NCBI GenBank assembly: GCA_963840965.1
Contig: CAWJAW010000002.1
Coordinates: forward strand, 328,185-392,184
DNA: 64,000 bases
Reading direction: 5' to 3'
From: an uncultured Bacteroidales bacterium
Lineage (GTDB): Bacteria > Bacteroidota > Bacteroidia > Bacteroidales > VadinHA17
The notes under the pieces were generated by a model. The model searched no databases and was not told the origin of the DNA. It saw only the letters and a program-made list of their open reading frames with translations. How positions within the stretch are numbered: the first letter of the stretch is position 1; every line of letters starts with the position of its first letter. The translations under genes and the position numbers were made by a program. Shown in pieces: positions 19,497-30,900 of the stretch.

Positions 19497-20756
19497 TTAC
19501 TGTTTTTTTATCTCTTTGGGATAACATAAATAATACTTTGTGACACGCTCCGAAAGCAGCCTGTGTTCAAACATATCGGAAACTTCCGTAATATCTGCCG
19601 TTGAACCATTTTTCAGAAGGATCATTACCTCCGGGGAATCAGGTGCGTAGGTGCGATTTGACACCGTACCTGAAAAGACATAGTATCCTGCCAGTTCCGG
19701 ACTTATTTTCAAATTTCCGGCCGCCATGCCGGTAAGCTCTCCGATCCTGGCTGCAGGAAAAGGATCGTTCTGTAGCTCGACGAAAAGCAGGTTTCTCCCC
19801 AGCAATCTCCGCGACAGGTCCGACAGAATAAAGTCAGAACTGTCAGCCCAGTATTTTGCTGATGCAAGAATATCAGAATCATCAAGCCGGGTGAAATTTG
19901 AAGCAATTATTCCCGGACTAAAAAGACCGCCGGGTCCGAGGTCGGCAGGACCGATATTATTCCTGAGAAAAAACTTCAGTGCCGGAGTGGCAAAGATTTC
20001 AACTCCCTGAAGCGAAACCTCCCTGGCTCGCCTAAGAACTTTTACCAGAAGACTTTCCGACGAAAGGACCGTCTTATGCATGTACACCTGCCAGTACATT
20101 AGTCTGCGGGCTATCAGGAACTTCTCAAGGGAATAAATTCCCTTTTCATCCATCACCAGGCTGTCATTTACGACATTAAGCATCCTGATGATCCTGTCGG
20201 AGCCTACCGATCCTTCAATGACACCCGTAAAAAATGAATCCCTCCTCAGGTAATCGAGTCTGTCCATATCCATCTGCCCCGAAATGAGCTCATGCAGGAA
20301 CTTCCTGCCGTATGTGCCTTTGAAAATTTCGATTGCCAGGCTAAGCTTTCCCTCAAATTCGTCATTGAGCCTCTCCATGAGCAGAAGAGAGAGGTCCTCA
20401 TGCCTGATGCAGCTGATAATCGAGTTCTCCAGCGCATGGGAGAAAGGACCATGCCCGATGTCGTGAAGCAGAATCGCAATCAGGGCAGCCTCCTCTTCCT
20501 CCGGAGAGATATCGATTCCCTTGCTCCTGAGCGTCTTCAGAGCATTGTCCATAAGGTACAGAGCACCCAGACAATGCTGGAACCTGCTGTGATTTGCGCC
20601 CGGGTAAACAAAGCTTGTAAGACCAAGCTGCCTTACGTTCCTCAGGCGCTGAACCCACGGGTGCTGTATGATGTCATATATAAGATCGCCCGGTATACTT
20701 ATGAAACCGTATACCGGATCATTAATGATCTTTCTTTTATTTGTATGATATGCCAC
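19497..20756 (-). CDS. HD-domain metal-dependent phosphohydrolase (dGTPase-like)
   Basis: HSRFQHCLG...[12 protein letters not shown]...[11 protein letters not shown] are HD-superfamily motifs. 419 aa. The start codon at 20754-20756 is GTG. It is the first gene of the lpx operon. Confidence 0.8.
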   Translation of the reverse strand: MAYHTNKRKIINDPVYGFISIPGDLIYDIIQHPWVQRLRNVRQLGLTSFVYPGANHSRFQHCLGALYLMDNALKTLRSKGIDISPEEEEAALIAILLHDIGHGPFSHALENSIISCIRHEDLSLLLMERLNDEFEGKLSLAIEIFKGTYGRKFLHELISGQMDMDRLDYLRRDSFFTGVIEGSVGSDRIIRMLNVVNDSLVMDEKGIYSLEKFLIARRLMYWQVYMHKTVLSSESLLVKVLRRAREVSLQGVEIFATPALKFFLRNNIGPADLGPGGLFSPGIIASNFTRLDDSDILASAKYWADSSDFILSDLSRRLLGRNLLFVELQNDPFPAARIGELTGMAAGNLKISPELAGYYVFSGTVSNRTYAPDSPEVMILLKNGSTADITEVSDMFEHRLLSERVTKYYLCYPKEIKKQ

Positions 20757-20775
20757 CCCTCGCTTACTTAAGGTA

Positions 20776-20783
20776 CAAAAATA
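20776..20783 (-). promoter_or_regulatory. Candidate -7 promoter box TATTTTTG for the HD/lpxD/lpxC-fabZ/lpxA operon
   Basis: Exact TAnnTTTG on the minus strand, 20 nt upstream of the GTG start. Confidence 0.45.
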
Positions 20784-20790
20784 TGAATTT

Positions 20791-20818
20791 GTTTCGATTG
20801 CGCTTAATTAATCGAAAC
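20791..20818. promoter_or_regulatory. 9-bp inverted repeat GTTTCGATT-N10-AATCGAAAC between the divergent lpx and efflux operons
   Basis: Read directly from the sequence. A weak -7-like box CATATTTG lies at 20882-20889, 62 nt before ATG 20951. Candidate operator only. Confidence 0.25.
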
Positions 20819-20950
20819 CCGTCTTATTCAGACAAATTCTTAATTTTACAAAAAAGACGATAAAAATTCACCTTTAACTGTCATATTTGAAATTTTTACC
20901 GTCTTTATATCGTCAAAGCTCTGCTAAGACAGCCAAATCTACCCTGAAAC

Positions 20951-21841
20951 ATGAAGATCGAGATCCGTAACCTCAATATGATTTATTCAAACGGAAATCA
21001 TGCGCTTAAGGATATCGATCTTGAGATCGGAACGGGGATGTTCGGGCTTCTCGGACCGAACGGGGCAGGCAAGTCAAGCCTGATGCGAATCCTGGTGACT
21101 CTTATGAAACCAACTTCAGGAGTAGTCCTTGCCAATGGCCGCGATATCCAGACAATCCGTAAGGAGTACCGCAGCCTGCTTGGTTACCTGCCCCAGGACT
21201 TTCGCTTCTTCACCTCACTTAAAACCTGGGAATTCCTCGATTATTCGGGATCGCTTGCAGGCCTGAGGAACAGAAAGCTCAGGATTGCCGAGGTTGACAG
21301 GCTTCTTGATCAGGTCGGACTTCTGGAAGTGCGCGACCGGCAGGCAAACAGACTCTCGGGGGGGATGAAAAGAAGGCTCGGAATAGCACAGGCCCTGATA
21401 GGAAACCCGGGGATCATTGTTGTGGATGAACCAACCACCGGACTTGACCCAGATGAAAGAATAAGGTTCCGTAACATACTTTCGGAGCTTAGCCAGAATG
21501 ACGTGACAATAATCTTGTCGACACATATCGTCGGGGACATATCCTCAACCTGCCAGACAATGACATTGCTTAACCGCGGGGAGGTGGTTTTCTCAGGTTC
21601 TCCGGAAAACCTGGTTAAAAAAGCCGAAGATCATGTGTTCAGGCTTACCCTTTCGCAGCAGGAATACGACACGGTGAAGGAAAAGTACAATGTGATATCA
21701 ACCATTCCGGTCGACGGCGGCTGGGAAGTACAGATCGTTTCGGATGATCCTCCTCCTTTCAGCCATACTGCAATAATACCCAATATTGAACACTCCTATG
21801 TATATTATATGGAGCACAAACTCAAGGCTGACTTAACCTGA
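20951..21841 (+). CDS. ABC transporter ATP-binding protein (ABC-2/DrrA-like subfamily) with a C-terminal accessory domain
   Basis: Walker A GLLGPNGAGKSS, Q-loop LGYLPQD, signature LSGGMKRR, Walker B IIVVDEPTTGLD, H-loop LSTHIV. Its stop overlaps the next start (TGATG, 21839-21843). Confidence 0.92.
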   Translation: MKIEIRNLNMIYSNGNHALKDIDLEIGTGMFGLLGPNGAGKSSLMRILVTLMKPTSGVVLANGRDIQTIRKEYRSLLGYLPQDFRFFTSLKTWEFLDYSGSLAGLRNRKLRIAEVDRLLDQVGLLEVRDRQANRLSGGMKRRLGIAQALIGNPGIIVVDEPTTGLDPDERIRFRNILSELSQNDVTIILSTHIVGDISSTCQTMTLLNRGEVVFSGSPENLVKKAEDHVFRLTLSQQEYDTVKEKYNVISTIPVDGGWEVQIVSDDPPPFSHTAIIPNIEHSYVYYMEHKLKADLT

Positions 21842-24800
21842 TGGAACTCATTCACAACATAAGGACTGTGGCAAGGTACGAAGCCAGGATACTCAGGAGA
21901 AGCTGGTTCTTCAGACTGTTTTCACTTGGTGCCCTTTTCATTTTCACCATCCTCAACCTGGGACTATTCTCGCCCATTGGCGATGAGGATTGGCAGATGG
22001 TTGCATTCCCTGCATCGGTACCTCATATAAACCTTTATTTGTTGAATATCGGACAGGCCATTGTTGTGATCTTTCTTGCTTCCGACTTCCTCAAAAGAGA
22101 CAAGAAGGTTGATACCAACGAAGTCCTTTATACACGATCGATGTCGAACTTCGAGTATATAACAGGCAAAACCACCGGGGTCCTCCGGCTTTTCCTCGGC
22201 CTCGATATCATTATACTCCTTATAGGACTTCTGATGAACATAATTTCGAAGACCATGACAATCGATCTGGCTTCGTACTTCTGGTTCCTTTTAATTATTT
22301 GCATCCCGACTATCATCTTCAGCCTCGGACTTTCATTCATGCTGATGTCGCTCCTACGGAACCAGGCTATCACCTTCCTGATACTCCTTGGCATCGCGGC
22401 GCTCAATATGTTCTGGCTGAACTTCAGGTTCGGATATATCTTCGACTACATGGCATTCGGCCTCCCGGTATTCAAATCAGGCATGACAGGATTTGACAAT
22501 CCGTCGCTAATCCTGAACCAGCGGCTTACCTGGTTCTTCCTGGGGCTTTCTCTCATTCTCGCAACCATTCTGCTCTTTAAGCGTCTTCCTCAATCCAGGG
22601 TCCTTACAACGGTTTCGGCAGTCTTCATGGTTATTTTTTTCGCCTTAACCGCCTTCTGCGCATGGAATACATGGTCGGTTTACAGGACCGACCTCAACGA
22701 TAAAAGAACTGTAATCGACACCAACAGGAAATTTGAGAACAGCAGTTTTGTAAGCCTCAGCAAGGCTGAGATCGATTTCGAACATCTCGGCGATTCTTTC
22801 AGCGCTTCCGCCGACCTTCATTTCACAAACAATAACGCCCTGCCTCTCGATACTTATCTGTTTTCCCTGAATCCGGGCCTCAGTGTCGGCAGGGTAAGCT
22901 CATCTGGTAAAGATCTGAACTACAAAATGACAGGTCATATTATCGCGATCGCCCCCCCTAAACCGCTGGCCCCGGGTGAAAAAGACAGTATAAATATAAC
23001 ATGGTCAGGTAAAGTCGATGAAACATTTTGCTTTCCCGATAATCATGATAACGTGAATACTGCACCCTACAGGGTGGCGATGCTGAATGTAAATAAAAGA
23101 CAGGCCTTCCTTACTCCCGATTACGTGCTGCTTACACCGGAATCGCACTGGTACCCCGTGCCGGGACTTAACTATTACCCCTCAAACCCTGCTAGACTTA
23201 AGGTCGACTTTACTGAATTTATCTTAAAGGTTAAGACAAAGGAAGATCTTATGCCGGTTGCGCAGGGAAACATGAAAAAAGAAGGTTATAACAATGTTAT
23301 AACGTCCGATTCACCCCTCACCGGACTCTCACTTGCTATAGGAAACTACAGGTCCGACACACTTACCGTCGACTCGGTAACTTATATAACTTATTATTAT
23401 CCCGGACACGACTATTACAAAAAGGATCTGGCCGAATTAAAAGACACTCTCAGTTTTCTTGTCTCGGGAATAATGAGGGATTTAGAAACCAGTTTCTCTG
23501 CCGAATATCCGTTCAGTACACTTAAACTGGTGGAGGTCCCGGTTCAGTTCCATTCCTTTCCGCGGATGAGCACTCAGACCATGGCTGAACTTCAGCCTTC
23601 AATGGTTCTGCTCCCCGAAAAGTTGTCTATGATCGATAATGCCGGCTTCCAGAAACGTTTCACCCGGCAGAAGAACAGAAATACCAGAAACAACCAGGTG
23701 ATCACCGACAAGGAGCTGCAGGTAAGGTTGTTCAACGATTTTGCAAGGAACGCTTTCATAAGCGGAGAAAAGACCAGGTACGTTAACGGGGAAAGGCTGT
23801 CCGAGCCTGTACGCTACAGACTGGGACCGAACTTCTATTTTTTCAGGAATAATTTCCACTCAGCCGAATACCCGGTAATAAATGCTGTTTTTGAATCCCA
23901 TCTTCAGAAACATATTTCGGAAACGGCCCAGTTCAGCAGTATGTCGGGGAACCTGCAGGAAAATGACAGGGCCAACCTCGTCCTGAGAAACACCAGCTTC
24001 AGGGATGTCCTGGCCATGAATCCCAAAGGAGATACCATAAGGAACGTACTTACCCTTAAGGGCGATTACCTCTTCAACCTCTTCAGGGCGAAGGCAGGCA
24101 TCGATGAGTTCAACGACTGGTTCACCGCTTATCTCGACAGTCACCGGTACCAGAGCATCGAAGTAACTGACCTCAACGCAGACATGAAAGAAAAGTTCGG
24201 ATTTGAGTTCTATCCCTTCCTCCACGACTGGTTCAACAGCAAGGACCAGCCAGGATTTATCTTTTCAAGCCTTCAGTCCCGGGAAATTATCGTGGACGAC
24301 AGGGTAAGATTCCTTGTAACATTTACGGCATCCAATCACGAACCGGTTACCGGGATATTTAATGTGACCTTCCGGACGGCAGCAGAAGGCGGCCGCCAGA
24401 TTACCGGCTACTACGAGGGTTCAGGCCGTGGGGGAAGTTACAGTATAATGATGCAGGGCCAGGGACCCGGTTCTGATATTTCAAGAATAGTGGTGCTCGG
24501 ACCTTCAGAAGCAAAAAAAATAAGCATTATTCTGGATGCCGAACCACGCGAGATGATAGCTAACTCTCTTTTCGCGAAAAACATTCCCGGAGAAATAGTC
24601 CTCCCAATCGATAACATAGTGAAATCCAGAAATCACACCGCTTATACCGAAGGGGAAGAACTTCTTCCTTCAGTTCCTCCCCTTGAGTCGCCTGGAGAAA
24701 TAGTAGTTGACAACGAGGACCCCGGCTTCTCAACCGACAACTCCACAGTAATGAGCCCGCTGAAAAGGATTCTCGGAGTCAGGAAAAGACAGGCCGATTC

Positions 24801-25260
24801 CTATCAACCGGTCAATATGTTCTGGGCGCCGCAATTCTGGCAGGCGGGAGTGATGTCGTCCTACTACGGCAAATATATCCGGTCGTCGGTGTTTACCCGC
24901 GGTTCACGGGGTGAAAAACGTGTGACCTGGGTAACTCCTCTCATGAAAGCGGATTACTACGACATATATTGTTATATTGGAAAATCAGCCGACAGGATGG
25001 TTGTACGCTCAGGCGGAGGACCGCCGCCGCCTCCTGGTGAAACACCTCAGGGTGATAACCTGTACAAGGATTTGCACTACAGAATTTACCACGACGAAGG
25101 CACTGAAGATATTTCTATTGATTTTGGAAATGCCGAACCAGGCTGGAACCTGCTCGGCCGCTATTATATCTCATCCGATTCGGCAAGGGTGGAAATGACA
25201 AACCAGTCGGCCGGCCGTGTGGTAATAGGCGATGCCGTGAAATGGGTAAGGGCAAACTGA
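21841..25260 (+). CDS. 1139-aa membrane protein: N-terminal ABC-2-type permease-like TM domain (about 280 aa) fused to a roughly 850-aa extracytoplasmic region
   Basis: Six to seven hydrophobic helices lie in aa 20-280, then a long hydrophilic region. I found no HEXXH. A Pro5 run (GGGPPPPPGE) is present. The C-terminal approx. 190 aa (VDNEDPGFS...GRVVIGDAVKWVRAN) resemble a golvesin-C-like binding module, an assignment from memory only. Confidence 0.7.
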   Translation: MELIHNIRTVARYEARILRRSWFFRLFSLGALFIFTILNLGLFSPIGDEDWQMVAFPASVPHINLYLLNIGQAIVVIFLASDFLKRDKKVDTNEVLYTRSMSNFEYITGKTTGVLRLFLGLDIIILLIGLLMNIISKTMTIDLASYFWFLLIICIPTIIFSLGLSFMLMSLLRNQAITFLILLGIAALNMFWLNFRFGYIFDYMAFGLPVFKSGMTGFDNPSLILNQRLTWFFLGLSLILATILLFKRLPQSRVLTTVSAVFMVIFFALTAFCAWNTWSVYRTDLNDKRTVIDTNRKFENSSFVSLSKAEIDFEHLGDSFSASADLHFTNNNALPLDTYLFSLNPGLSVGRVSSSGKDLNYKMTGHIIAIAPPKPLAPGEKDSINITWSGKVDETFCFPDNHDNVNTAPYRVAMLNVNKRQAFLTPDYVLLTPESHWYPVPGLNYYPSNPARLKVDFTEFILKVKTKEDLMPVAQGNMKKEGYNNVITSDSPLTGLSLAIGNYRSDTLTVDSVTYITYYYPGHDYYKKDLAELKDTLSFLVSGIMRDLETSFSAEYPFSTLKLVEVPVQFHSFPRMSTQTMAELQPSMVLLPEKLSMIDNAGFQKRFTRQKNRNTRNNQVITDKELQVRLFNDFARNAFISGEKTRYVNGERLSEPVRYRLGPNFYFFRNNFHSAEYPVINAVFESHLQKHISETAQFSSMSGNLQENDRANLVLRNTSFRDVLAMNPKGDTIRNVLTLKGDYLFNLFRAKAGIDEFNDWFTAYLDSHRYQSIEVTDLNADMKEKFGFEFYPFLHDWFNSKDQPGFIFSSLQSREIIVDDRVRFLVTFTASNHEPVTGIFNVTFRTAAEGGRQITGYYEGSGRGGSYSIMMQGQGPGSDISRIVVLGPSEAKKISIILDAEPREMIANSLFAKNIPGEIVLPIDNIVKSRNHTAYTEGEELLPSVPPLESPGEIVVDNEDPGFSTDNSTVMSPLKRILGVRKRQADSYQPVNMFWAPQFWQAGVMSSYYGKYIRSSVFTRGSRGEKRVTWVTPLMKADYYDIYCYIGKSADRMVVRSGGGPPPPPGETPQGDNLYKDLHYRIYHDEGTEDISIDFGNAEPGWNLLGRYYISSDSARVEMTNQSAGRVVIGDAVKWVRAN

Positions 25261-25298
25261 ACTTTATATACTGTTTATTAAATGATAGTAGGGAAATT

Positions 25299-26792
25299 AT
25301 GATACAAAGGATAAAACAAGTTAAAACAACAACCAGAAAGCTGGCTTTTCTGATTGTTCTGGCAGCTTCAGGCCTGTTTTCATCAGCCCAGCAGGGACTA
25401 ACCCTTGAACAGTCACTCCAGATAGCCGAATCAAACAGCCCTGCAATGAAACGTACAAGGCTCAGCCTTATCAGGAGCCAGGAAAACCTTAATGCCCAGA
25501 ACGCCTCGCTTAAATCACAGTTCTCACTGTCGGTAAACCCAATTGGCTACAGCCAGAACAGGTCGTTCAATGAACTGATCTCCAAATGGAATTCAGTGAA
25601 AACTACCGAAAGTTTTGGCCTTTTCACCATTTCGCAACCGATAGTGTTCACCGATGCAAGGCTATCACTGACTAACAGGTTCGGATACACGGATTCGTAC
25701 AGCGAGTACAGTAATTCCACAACAAAAGGATTCAGCAACAGCCTGTCGCTTAATCTCGACCAGCCGCTCTTTACCTACAACAGGACAAAGCTCCAGCTAA
25801 GGGAACTTGAACTGGCTCTTGAAAACTCCCAGATAAGCTATGCTGTCCAGCTCCTGTCGCTCGAAAGGGGCGTCTCCCAGGCATTTTACTATGTGTACCA
25901 GCAGCAGCAGAGTTACGAGATAGCCCGTCAGGCATTCGATAATATGCAAAAGAGTTATGAAATAATAAAAAACAAGGTCGACGCAGGCATCTCAGCCCGC
26001 GAGGAAGGTTTCCAGGCTGAACTGAACCTTGCAACCGCTAGGTCTGATTATGAAAACCGTCAGGTCGATCTTGAGAATGCAAAGGATGAGTTCAAAATCC
26101 TGATCGGACTGAGCCTGTACGACGATATCATTGTGCTGCCAAATATCCAGGTCGATACGGTACAGGTTGATATTGCCCTGGCAATCGACCAGGGTCTTGC
26201 AAACAGGATGGAACTCCGCCAGCGTGAAATCGACATTGAAGCCTCACAATTTGACCTGATCCAGACAAAATCGCTGAATGAATTCAGGGGAAGCCTGGGT
26301 CTTTCAATCGGATTATTCGGCGACAATGAGAAACTGGGTGACGTCTATGCCAATCCAACTGACAACGAAGACGTCTCCCTTTCATTCAGCATTCCACTCT
26401 GGGACTGGGGAGAGAGAAAATCAAGGATAAAAGCTTCTGAGGCTGCAATAGAATCAGCAGAGATTTCACTGGATGAAGAAAAAAATGATATAATACTTGG
26501 CATCAGGAAAGTCTTCAGAAACCTTATAAATCTCAGGAACCAGATCGACATTGCCCGGCAGAATGTCACCAATGCACAACTCACCTATGACCTCAACCTT
26601 GAAAGATACAGAAACGGAGATCTTACAGGTATGGACCTGAACCTTTTCCAGGAACAGCTCTCACAAAAACAACTGTCGTACACCAATTCGCTGATCTCCT
26701 ACAAGCTCGAATTGCTTAACCTCAAGATACAAACCCTTTACGATTTTGAGAAGAATGAACAGGTTTCACCTGTAATGACACTGGAACAATAA
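25299..26792 (+). CDS. TolC-family outer membrane efflux protein
   Basis: Signal peptide (LAFLIVLAASGLFSSAQQ) and the two-repeat OMF pattern (LTLEQSLQIAESNSPAMK ... LTYDLNLERYRNGD). The ORF opens at 25242 and overlaps the upstream gene. The more likely start is ATG 25299 (MIQRIKQ). Confidence 0.85.
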   Translation: MIQRIKQVKTTTRKLAFLIVLAASGLFSSAQQGLTLEQSLQIAESNSPAMKRTRLSLIRSQENLNAQNASLKSQFSLSVNPIGYSQNRSFNELISKWNSVKTTESFGLFTISQPIVFTDARLSLTNRFGYTDSYSEYSNSTTKGFSNSLSLNLDQPLFTYNRTKLQLRELELALENSQISYAVQLLSLERGVSQAFYYVYQQQQSYEIARQAFDNMQKSYEIIKNKVDAGISAREEGFQAELNLATARSDYENRQVDLENAKDEFKILIGLSLYDDIIVLPNIQVDTVQVDIALAIDQGLANRMELRQREIDIEASQFDLIQTKSLNEFRGSLGLSIGLFGDNEKLGDVYANPTDNEDVSLSFSIPLWDWGERKSRIKASEAAIESAEISLDEEKNDIILGIRKVFRNLINLRNQIDIARQNVTNAQLTYDLNLERYRNGDLTGMDLNLFQEQLSQKQLSYTNSLISYKLELLNLKIQTLYDFEKNEQVSPVMTLEQ

Positions 26793-26808
26793 AAAAAATC
26801 AATATAAA

Positions 26809-27861
26809 ATGAAAAGAATAATAATTCTGTTTGCAGCTTCCCTCATAGCAGCTGGCGGATGCAGGAACCAGGACCAGAGCCTGACCGCCGACGTCGAAAT
26901 TCCCGTCTCCGTTCAGGACCTGAAGCTGAAACCGATAGAAGAATATGTCAATACCACAGGTACGGCATTCCCGAAAGGCGAAATTGAACTGAATTCCAAA
27001 ATCGCGGCAGACTATTTCCTGGAAAGAAATCCCAGGACAGGCAGACTCTGGCAGCTTGGCGACCGCGTCAGCAAGGGTAACGTGATAGCCCGTCTTGAGG
27101 ACCAGGAATATGTAAACTCGGTTAAGATGGAAACCAACCAGCTGAACCTGGAACTCATGGAAAGTGAACTTAAGAAACAACAGTCGCTTTATGAAAAGGG
27201 TGGCGTAACACTCAAGGAACTGAAGACTGCTGAGATCAACTACGAAAACGCCCGCACCACCGTAGTAACCGCAAGGCTACAGCTCGAAAAAACAAGTTTG
27301 ACCGCCCCTATCGACGGAGTTATTGTCGATTTACCTTATTATACCCAGGGAACCCATATTGAAGCAGGTGTTGCAATTGTAAAGATAATGGACTACCGGA
27401 CCATGTACATGGATGTCCAGCTACCTGAAAAATACATACCCGTCATCAAGCCCGGCCAGGTTGTCAGGATGACCAACTACACAATCCCCGACGATACGAT
27501 CGTCGGCAATGTAACACAGTTGTCTCCTGCCATCAATCCCGATACCAGAACCTTCAGGGGATCCATTTCCATAGATAATCCTGATATGCTGCTGCGCCCG
27601 GGAATGTTCGTCAGGGCCGATATTGTAACGAACCGGAAGGACTCTGCTATTGTTATTCCCAAAAACATTATCCTTTCGAGGCAGAGAGGAAAAACCGTAT
27701 TTGTGGTTGACAGGGGGCTGGCAGTTGAAAGAATCATAGAGACCGGCCTCGAAAATATTACCGACGTCGAGGTAACAAGGGGTCTGGAAAAAAATGAGCG
27801 CGTTGTAACAAGTGGCTTCGAAACACTGAGCAACAGGTCAAAGGTGAAAATTATCAAGTAA
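26809..27861 (+). CDS. RND efflux periplasmic adaptor (membrane fusion protein)
   Basis: Lipoprotein-like N-terminus (LIAAGGC), lipoyl-like motif GDRVSKGNVIARLED, a coiled-coil hairpin, and beta-barrel/MP domains. It sits between the TolC and RND genes. Confidence 0.88.
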   Translation: MKRIIILFAASLIAAGGCRNQDQSLTADVEIPVSVQDLKLKPIEEYVNTTGTAFPKGEIELNSKIAADYFLERNPRTGRLWQLGDRVSKGNVIARLEDQEYVNSVKMETNQLNLELMESELKKQQSLYEKGGVTLKELKTAEINYENARTTVVTARLQLEKTSLTAPIDGVIVDLPYYTQGTHIEAGVAIVKIMDYRTMYMDVQLPEKYIPVIKPGQVVRMTNYTIPDDTIVGNVTQLSPAINPDTRTFRGSISIDNPDMLLRPGMFVRADIVTNRKDSAIVIPKNIILSRQRGKTVFVVDRGLAVERIIETGLENITDVEVTRGLEKNERVVTSGFETLSNRSKVKIIK

Positions 27862-27963
27862 CTGCCATGAAACCCACATGATTGATTTCAAACGTAAACA
27901 CTTAATAAACATAAATTTCAATCATGTGCGGTTCCATCATACCTTTAAAATCAAAATAATCCA

Positions 27964-30900
27964 ATGATGAACTCCATTGCCCGATTTGCTGTAAATAACC
28001 CTGTAACGGTTCTCATGCTTGTACTGGCGATCATCCTGCTGGGATTCATTTCCTTCGGGAAGCTGGGAACCGATCTTTTCCCCGATCTCAATACTCCAAA
28101 AATATATATAGAACTCAGGGCAGGAGAGAAACCTCCTGAAGAAATCGAGAAGAACTATGTCGACCAGATTGAATCGCTGGCAATGCGGCAGAGCGATGTT
28201 GTAAGTGTTTCATCAGCCTCCCGGGGAGGAACAGCCATGATAACAGTCGAATACAGCTGGAACAAGGATATGGATGAAGCTTTCCTCGACCTTCAGAAGG
28301 AACTCAGCTCATTCAGCCAGAATTCCGACCTTGAGGATTTCACTATTTCACAGTACGATCCCAATGCCTCACCAGTGATGATTGTCGGTCTCCGGAATCC
28401 ACGTATCGAAAATATGGATGAACTGAGAAAGGTGGCTGAGAACTATGTAAGAAATGAACTCGTAAGGATTGAAGGAGTGGCTGACGTAAGGATAGCAGGA
28501 AAGGAAGAAAGCGAAGTGGTCATCGAGACCAACAAGTACCTGCTCGAATCGTTCGGACTCACCACCGAAGCCATTGCCGCCCAGATAATGAACTATAACA
28601 GGAATGTATCGGGAGGTTCCATTGTCGACATGGGTACCAAATATGTCGTTAAGGGTGTCAGCGTTCTGGAAGATACGGAAGATCTTCAGAATATAATAGT
28701 CGGATTCCTTACCCCGTCCCCGGCAGTTAGCGGGCAGTCTGCGGCAGGTCAGGTCGCTGGCCAGGCTCAGGGTAATGCCTCCGCCGGTGAAAGGGTACCT
28801 GTTTACCTCAGGGATGTGGCCAGGATTGGATATGAAAACAAGGATCCGGAAAATATAGTAACCATCAACGGCGAAAGATGCATCGGCCTGTCAATTTACA
28901 AGGAGCCAAAATTTAACACCGTCGATGTGGTAGAAAGCCTCTCAACAGCCTTTGACCAGCTCGGCAAGGCCCTACCCGGTTATGAATTTGTAAAAGTCCT
29001 CGATCAGGGAACCTATATTCAGAATTCAATAGGCGAGGTGAAAAACACCCTGCTCATCGGGATCTTCCTTGCTGTAATAGTTTTGTACGTCTTTCTGAGA
29101 AGGATTGGTGTAACCCTCGTCATAAGCCTTGCCATCCCGATCTCAATTATTGCAACCTTCAACCTTATGTATTTCAGCAATCTGACACTGAATATAATGA
29201 CGCTTGGGGGACTTGCACTGGGCGCCGGGATGCTGGTCGATAATGCAATAGTCGTGCTGGAGAACATAACCCGCAACAGGGATGAAGGACTGCCTTTGAA
29301 AGAAGCCATTATAACAGGCACAGCCCAGGTAGGCGGAGCAATCACCGCCTCCACTATCACAACCATAGTCGTGTTCCTCCCCATCGTCTACCTGAGGGAC
29401 GCCTCGAGCGAGATGTTCCGCGACCAGGCCTGGACAGTGGCTTTTGCACTGATCTCATCCCTCATCGTGGCTATGCTTGTTATACCGATGCTGGTATCAA
29501 CACTTCTGCCGTCAGAAAAGAAAAAGACTGTTCCTGTCAATGTATTGAATTTCACCGGGTACCACAAATACCTTGGCAGGATCCTCAAAAAAAGAAAACT
29601 TGTGATTCTTCTTTCAGTGATAATCCTTGGTGCAACGGGATTTCTTGTTCCGCGGCTTGGTAGCGAATTCATGCCCCGTTCCGAATCGGCCGAATTCACG
29701 GTAAGGCTCAGTCTCCCTGAAGGAACCAGCCTTGAAAGAACAAATAATACCGCCGTGAGAACGGAGGAGATTATAAATAGTCTTCTGGGAGAAAAGGTCA
29801 GACTGATCTATACCCAATCGGGCAGTGACAATACTTCATCACTGTCACTTTCTTCAGGATCGAAGGGTGAGAACAACGCCTCCCTGAAAGTAATTCTGGA
29901 GGATGAATTTGCCTCCGAAACCGAAGACGCAATCACCCTGGTACAGTCATATCTCAGCACTATCCCCGACGTTGAAGTAAGCTTCTCAAGGGAAGAAACA
30001 GCCCTCCAGTCGTCGCTTGGAACCACCGAATCGCCTTTTGCCCTCGAGATATCAGGAAAGGATTTTTCTGAAATGGAAAGGATACTGAGGGAATCGGAAG
30101 CAATACTTAAGGAAAATAATGGCCTAAGCAATATCACAACATCACTCGACGAAGGAACTCCGGAGGTGGAGGTGGAAATCGACCGGTTCAAGACAAGCTA
30201 TTATGGGGTGACGGTCGAAAACGTCATTAGTCAGGTAAGGGGTTATCTGCAGGGCGCCGCAGCCGGAACCTTCGAAAAGGATGGCGAACTTAAGGACATT
30301 ACAATCAAACTGGGCGATATCTCCCTGAGCCAGCTCAGCGACCTTATAATAACAGCAGGAAATATAAAAGTCCCCCTTAGCGAAATCGCCCGTGTAAGTA
30401 CCATAACCAGCCCGCGGGAAATCACACGCCGTAACCAGTCAAGAACCTGTTATATCTATGCAATGACAGACAAGGATCAGCCTTTTGATAAAATCATCAG
30501 GGATGCCGGGACTTCACTGCAGTCCGTGGCCCTTCCATCCGACTACAAACTGGATTTCACCGGCGAGGAACTCAAGCGGAGGGAATCAATGTCGAACCTG
30601 ACATTTGCGCTCGTCCTTTCACTTGTACTGGTGTTTATGGTACTGGCCTCACAGTTCGAATCAATATTACAGCCGTTCATAGTAATGCTGACCATACCAC
30701 TGGCAGGAGTGGGTACCGTACTAACCTTCTTCTTCCTGGGCAAGCCCCTGAATATGATGGCATACATTGGGATAATCATGCTTGCAGGGATCGCGGTGAA
30801 CAACGCTATAATCCTGATCGACCGTATAAACCAGCTCAGGGAATCGGGAACTCCTAAAAAGGATGCCATTATGCTTGCCGGAGCCCAGAGAATAAGACCT

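Noticed and set aside
21841-25260. Annotating the 1139-aa protein as an M1 aminopeptidase fusion
   Set aside because: I could not find an HEXXH...E zinc-binding signature anywhere in the translation, so the peptidase call would be unsupported.
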